A DNA stretch of 52,947 bases, counting the filler, from Dirinaria sp. TL-2023a (Eukaryota): assembly GCA_051941275.1 (NCBI GenBank). It is 3 parts of 3 records of this genome, joined end to end, with 100 filler letters (N's around TTAATTAATTAA, not from the genome) between each part and the next. Parts side by side here need not be neighbours in the genome. Positions count along the whole stretch, not along the records: positions 35,375 to 52,947 come from JAVEBF010000425.1; 2 more parts are not named here. One strand, written 5' to 3'. Below the pieces are notes generated by a model that did not search any database, was not told the origin of the DNA, and saw nothing but the letters and a program-made list of their open reading frames with translations. Position 1 is the first letter of the stretch. Each line of letters starts with the position of its first letter. A program made the translations under genes and the position numbers. Shown piece after piece: positions 49,801 through 52,947 of the stretch.

Positions 49801-50739
49801 GGTTGATTCGTTCGGTAACGAGGAGCCCTTGAAAGACAATTGAAGTAAAGTAACATCAATTAACAATTGGGACCAATGAATCTTTCGGACCAACGTTCGA
49901 CATGCTAGACAAATTGAAATATGGCGAACGCCTAGATTTTGGCGTAGATACGTTCGGGGATGATTAAACTCAAGAATCACCATACATTTGTGCAAGCCAT
50001 ATGAATTAAGACGGGGAAAAAAAAGGGGGGGAACAATACTACGAACGAAAATGACAACTCCGAATTAAACAAAAAAGCCCATTTTTCGAATCCATCACAT
50101 ATCCGAACCTCCATTTATAACCCCATCAAAATATCAAAAACCAATTCTTTCTTACCTTACTCAGCAAGTACCCCTACATTACTAACACATATACATCTTG
50201 AAACAAGAATCGAAAAAAAGAAAATCGAGGAAAGAAATGTCTACACGACCCAAGAGGACATGTCCCACGAAAAATCGGGATTGACAAATTGAGCGAACGC
50301 AATTCAATGAAATCAACTGCATAGAGGACCAGAAAATATTGAAACGATACTTAACAGAAGCGAGCGATAATTATCGTTTCTAATTTGTCATCATCGACTT
50401 CTGCACAGAATCCTAGTTGTTCTTACGAAGAAAGATTCTGTCATTATCTCCTTCTTTCCTCCTTCTCAGGCTTATCTTCAAAAAGCCGGAAACAAAGCCT
50501 ACCTATACATAATTGAAGATAAACATGATTCAAAAAAGGATTAAGAAGCTAAGATATGGCTGACTCGCTGGGGAAAAAATCTTAAGCCTAAAATATGAAA
50601 TATATTTCCAAGAATGCCAAATCGAGCCGCGTACAACCCTGGATTCCACGAGTAACAGCAAAGTACGGACAAACAAAACCCTCGAATTCAAATACAATCG
50701 AGAATACATGATCATACATCAATCTCAACCCTATCAAAG

Positions 50740-51645
50740 AATTTCGACACTGTGTGACTTGAAGTTCAAAAATTCTACTCGAGTCGTGCTCGAGTCATCT
50801 TCACAACAGCATTTATCGCGAGCTCAAAAACATGTCGAGTAGTGTCAATACAAACAATGACTCATATCGAGATTCACTCATTGAGAGAGAGTATAAGATA
50901 CCCGAATTGAATTTAAAAACAGAGACTGCATTTGACTGAAAGTGCAAAACTTCTATCTGAGTCGTGTCTCGAATCATTTTCGTCACAGCATGTACCGCGG
51001 GCTCGAGGGCATGTAGAGTAGTGTCAGTACAAGAAATGACTCATATCGAGATTCATTTATTGAGAGAGTTTTTGTTCGCTATTTCAGCAAATCAGATTGA
51101 GAGTATAAAATAATCGAATTGAAATTTAAAACGAAAAAATTATCTGAATCAAGATTCAAAAATTTTATCTGTGTCGTGTTAAAACCATTTTCACGACAAC
51201 ATTTATCACGAGCTCAAAGACATGTCGCGTGATATCAGTACAAAAAATGACTCTCATCGAGATTCACTTATTGAGAGAAGTTTTCCTCACTACGTATCTA
51301 ATCGAATGAAAAGTATAGGATAGCCGAATTGAACCCTGACTGAGAGTCTAGAAATTCTAATTGTGCCGTGCTAGAGTCATCTTTGTCACAACATTCATTG
51401 CGAGCTCAAAAGCATACCGCGTGATACCAGTACAAAAAATGACACTCATCGAGATTCACTTATTGAGAGAAATTTTGCTCGCTATATCTTCAGTCAGATT
51501 GAAAGCATAAATTTTCCGAACCAAATCAGAAATTTCGACACCGCATGACTGGAAGTGCAAAAGTTTTATTTGAGTCGTGCTAGAGTCATCTTCACGACAG
51601 CATTTACAGCGAGCTCAAGGGCATGTCGAGTTGTGCCAGTACAAG
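50740..51645. repeat. Degenerate tandem repeat, 5 units of about 180-210 bp
   Basis: Core AAAxTTxTAxxxGAGTCGTGxTxGAGTCATxTTCAC..GCGAGCTCAA..CATGTCG..CAGTACAA..ATCGAGATTCAC. The GTCGTG anchor recurs at 50783, 50961, 51173, 51365 and 51574. Confidence 0.88.
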
Positions 51646-51889
51646 TAACATCCATAAAAGCATCCACAGCATCCCTTCAAACCCCGAAAAAAGTTAAGAT
51701 GACTCCTACTACACTAAAAAAAGACGAGCAGCTACACTATCCAAAACTAGACCACGACCCATTTACAACAACATCAAAAGCGCCAATATATAAACAGAAA
51801 AATATCTGAAGGTGGAAGCACAAGATGGGAAATATACGAGTTCAACGAAGAATTCCACGGTACCCAGACCCCTTATATCGGAAACGATT

Positions 51890-52855
51890 CCTACCAATTG
51901 AAGACGGAAGAGAAATATATTTTCTCATTGTTGTTTCAAAGAATCAAAGACAAAGATCGATGGCACTCGCCTCCCTTTAGTCAAGACTATCAAATTATAT
52001 GTATTCGAACTAAAAAGAGCGTTAGAGACGTTACGAGAAGTTATGAATTCTCTCCGCGAGAATGCATATGAGCGAGCCAGCGAGACATATACTAAAGGGT
52101 ATGCAACCATGGCGGAAGCTGGAAAATTGCTACGAGAGCAAAAGCTTCAAAGAATCATCTGAACCGAGATGAATATTAAAGAGACGATGATATCTCAATT
52201 ACAACAAAATCCTCTGTACATACGCAGTTAAAAGAATCATCAATGACAAAGAATCAGTCATTGTCTATTTTATCTCAGACTTCGCTCGCATCGAGATCAT
52301 TGGAATCGCTTTCACCTGACTCTAGTGAAAACTCTGAAAAATCATCTGCATGTGAGTCAGTTTTAGAAGAGTTATTGCAATCAGAACTGCTCGTGAAGTC
52401 ATCACGCATAAAATTGTCAACGTTGTCATTGATCATCGTTAACGAAAAGATATCTGTGTCTAAATCGATATTTGAAAATCTGTCTAAATTTGAGTTATTT
52501 TCGAAATCATTCAACGCCCCGACATCTGACCATTTGAAGAGGCCTATTTCAGTTGGAGATGAGAGAAATATATTCTCTTATTGTTGTTTAAAAGGATCAA
52601 AGAAAAAGATCGATGGCATTCGCCTCACATCACCCTAGTCAGAACTACCAAATTATACGAATCGAGATTTAAAAAAAGCGTTGAGAATGTTAAGGGAAAT
52701 AATGAATTCCCACCTCCGCGAAAAGACATACAATCGTATCATCTCACGACGTCAAAAAATACACTACCATGAAGAAGCCAAAATCCTACTACAAGACCAA
52801 GGTCTACAAAGGATCATTTGATCAGAGCTGAACATCGAAGAGACGATGACTCACG
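51890..52855 (+). repeat. Diverged direct duplication of about 300 bp (about 51890-52200 and 52545-52855)
   Basis: Both copies share blocks GAGAAATATATT.TC..ATTGTTGTTT, AAAGATCGATGGCA.TCGCCTC, TAGTCA..ACTA.CAAATTATA, ATGAATTC..CTCCGCGA and AAGAGACGATGA. Confidence 0.8.
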
Positions 52856-52947
52856 AGATGAAGTGGAAGGAAGATGCGAGATTTCATCACGGTTCCCTCA
52901 TTTTGTTAGTTAGCAAATAGCTATTTAGCTAGCCAGAGCTTTTGCTC

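Noticed and set aside
50740..51645. CRISPR-like repeat-spacer array
   Set aside because: Eukaryotic context, repeats are >100 bp and degenerate, spacers resemble one another and no cas genes are present.

Overview
Intron-rich filamentous ascomycete (Pezizomycotina) genomic DNA. A lichen-forming lineage is possible but cannot be shown from the sequence. The window consists of three contigs joined by 100-bp N gaps containing an artificial TTAATTAATTAA linker (17590-17689, 35275-35374), so linkage across the gaps is unsupported. Contig 1 carries a disabled SAM-methyltransferase, an intronless isocitrate/isopropylmalate-dehydrogenase-like + isochorismatase fusion broken by one in-frame TAG at a likely Trp position, a PsiD-family/phosphatidylserine-decarboxylase-like gene, neutral ceramidase, a Sel1-repeat chitin synthase activator, HOP2 and a truncated CCCH zinc-finger gene. 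Contig 2 carries CK2 beta (its 1.2-kb first intron hides a 285-codon same-strand ORF that could splice in frame as an alternative first exon), a small secreted protein, CLF1, a DUF4396-type membrane protein, a cytochrome P450, an NB-ARC/TPR NLR and an ATP-grasp-like protein. Contig 3 carries an O-methyltransferase, a 661-bp Mutator-like element (long TIRs, 9-bp TSD), a PTH11-like receptor, a kynurenine-formamidase-like hydrolase, an LYR-type protein and a degenerate AT-rich terminal region with tandem repeats. An 8-mer (TACCTTAG/CTAAGGTA) recurs in the non-coding DNA of contigs 1-2. Family assignments come from recalled motifs; no database search was run.
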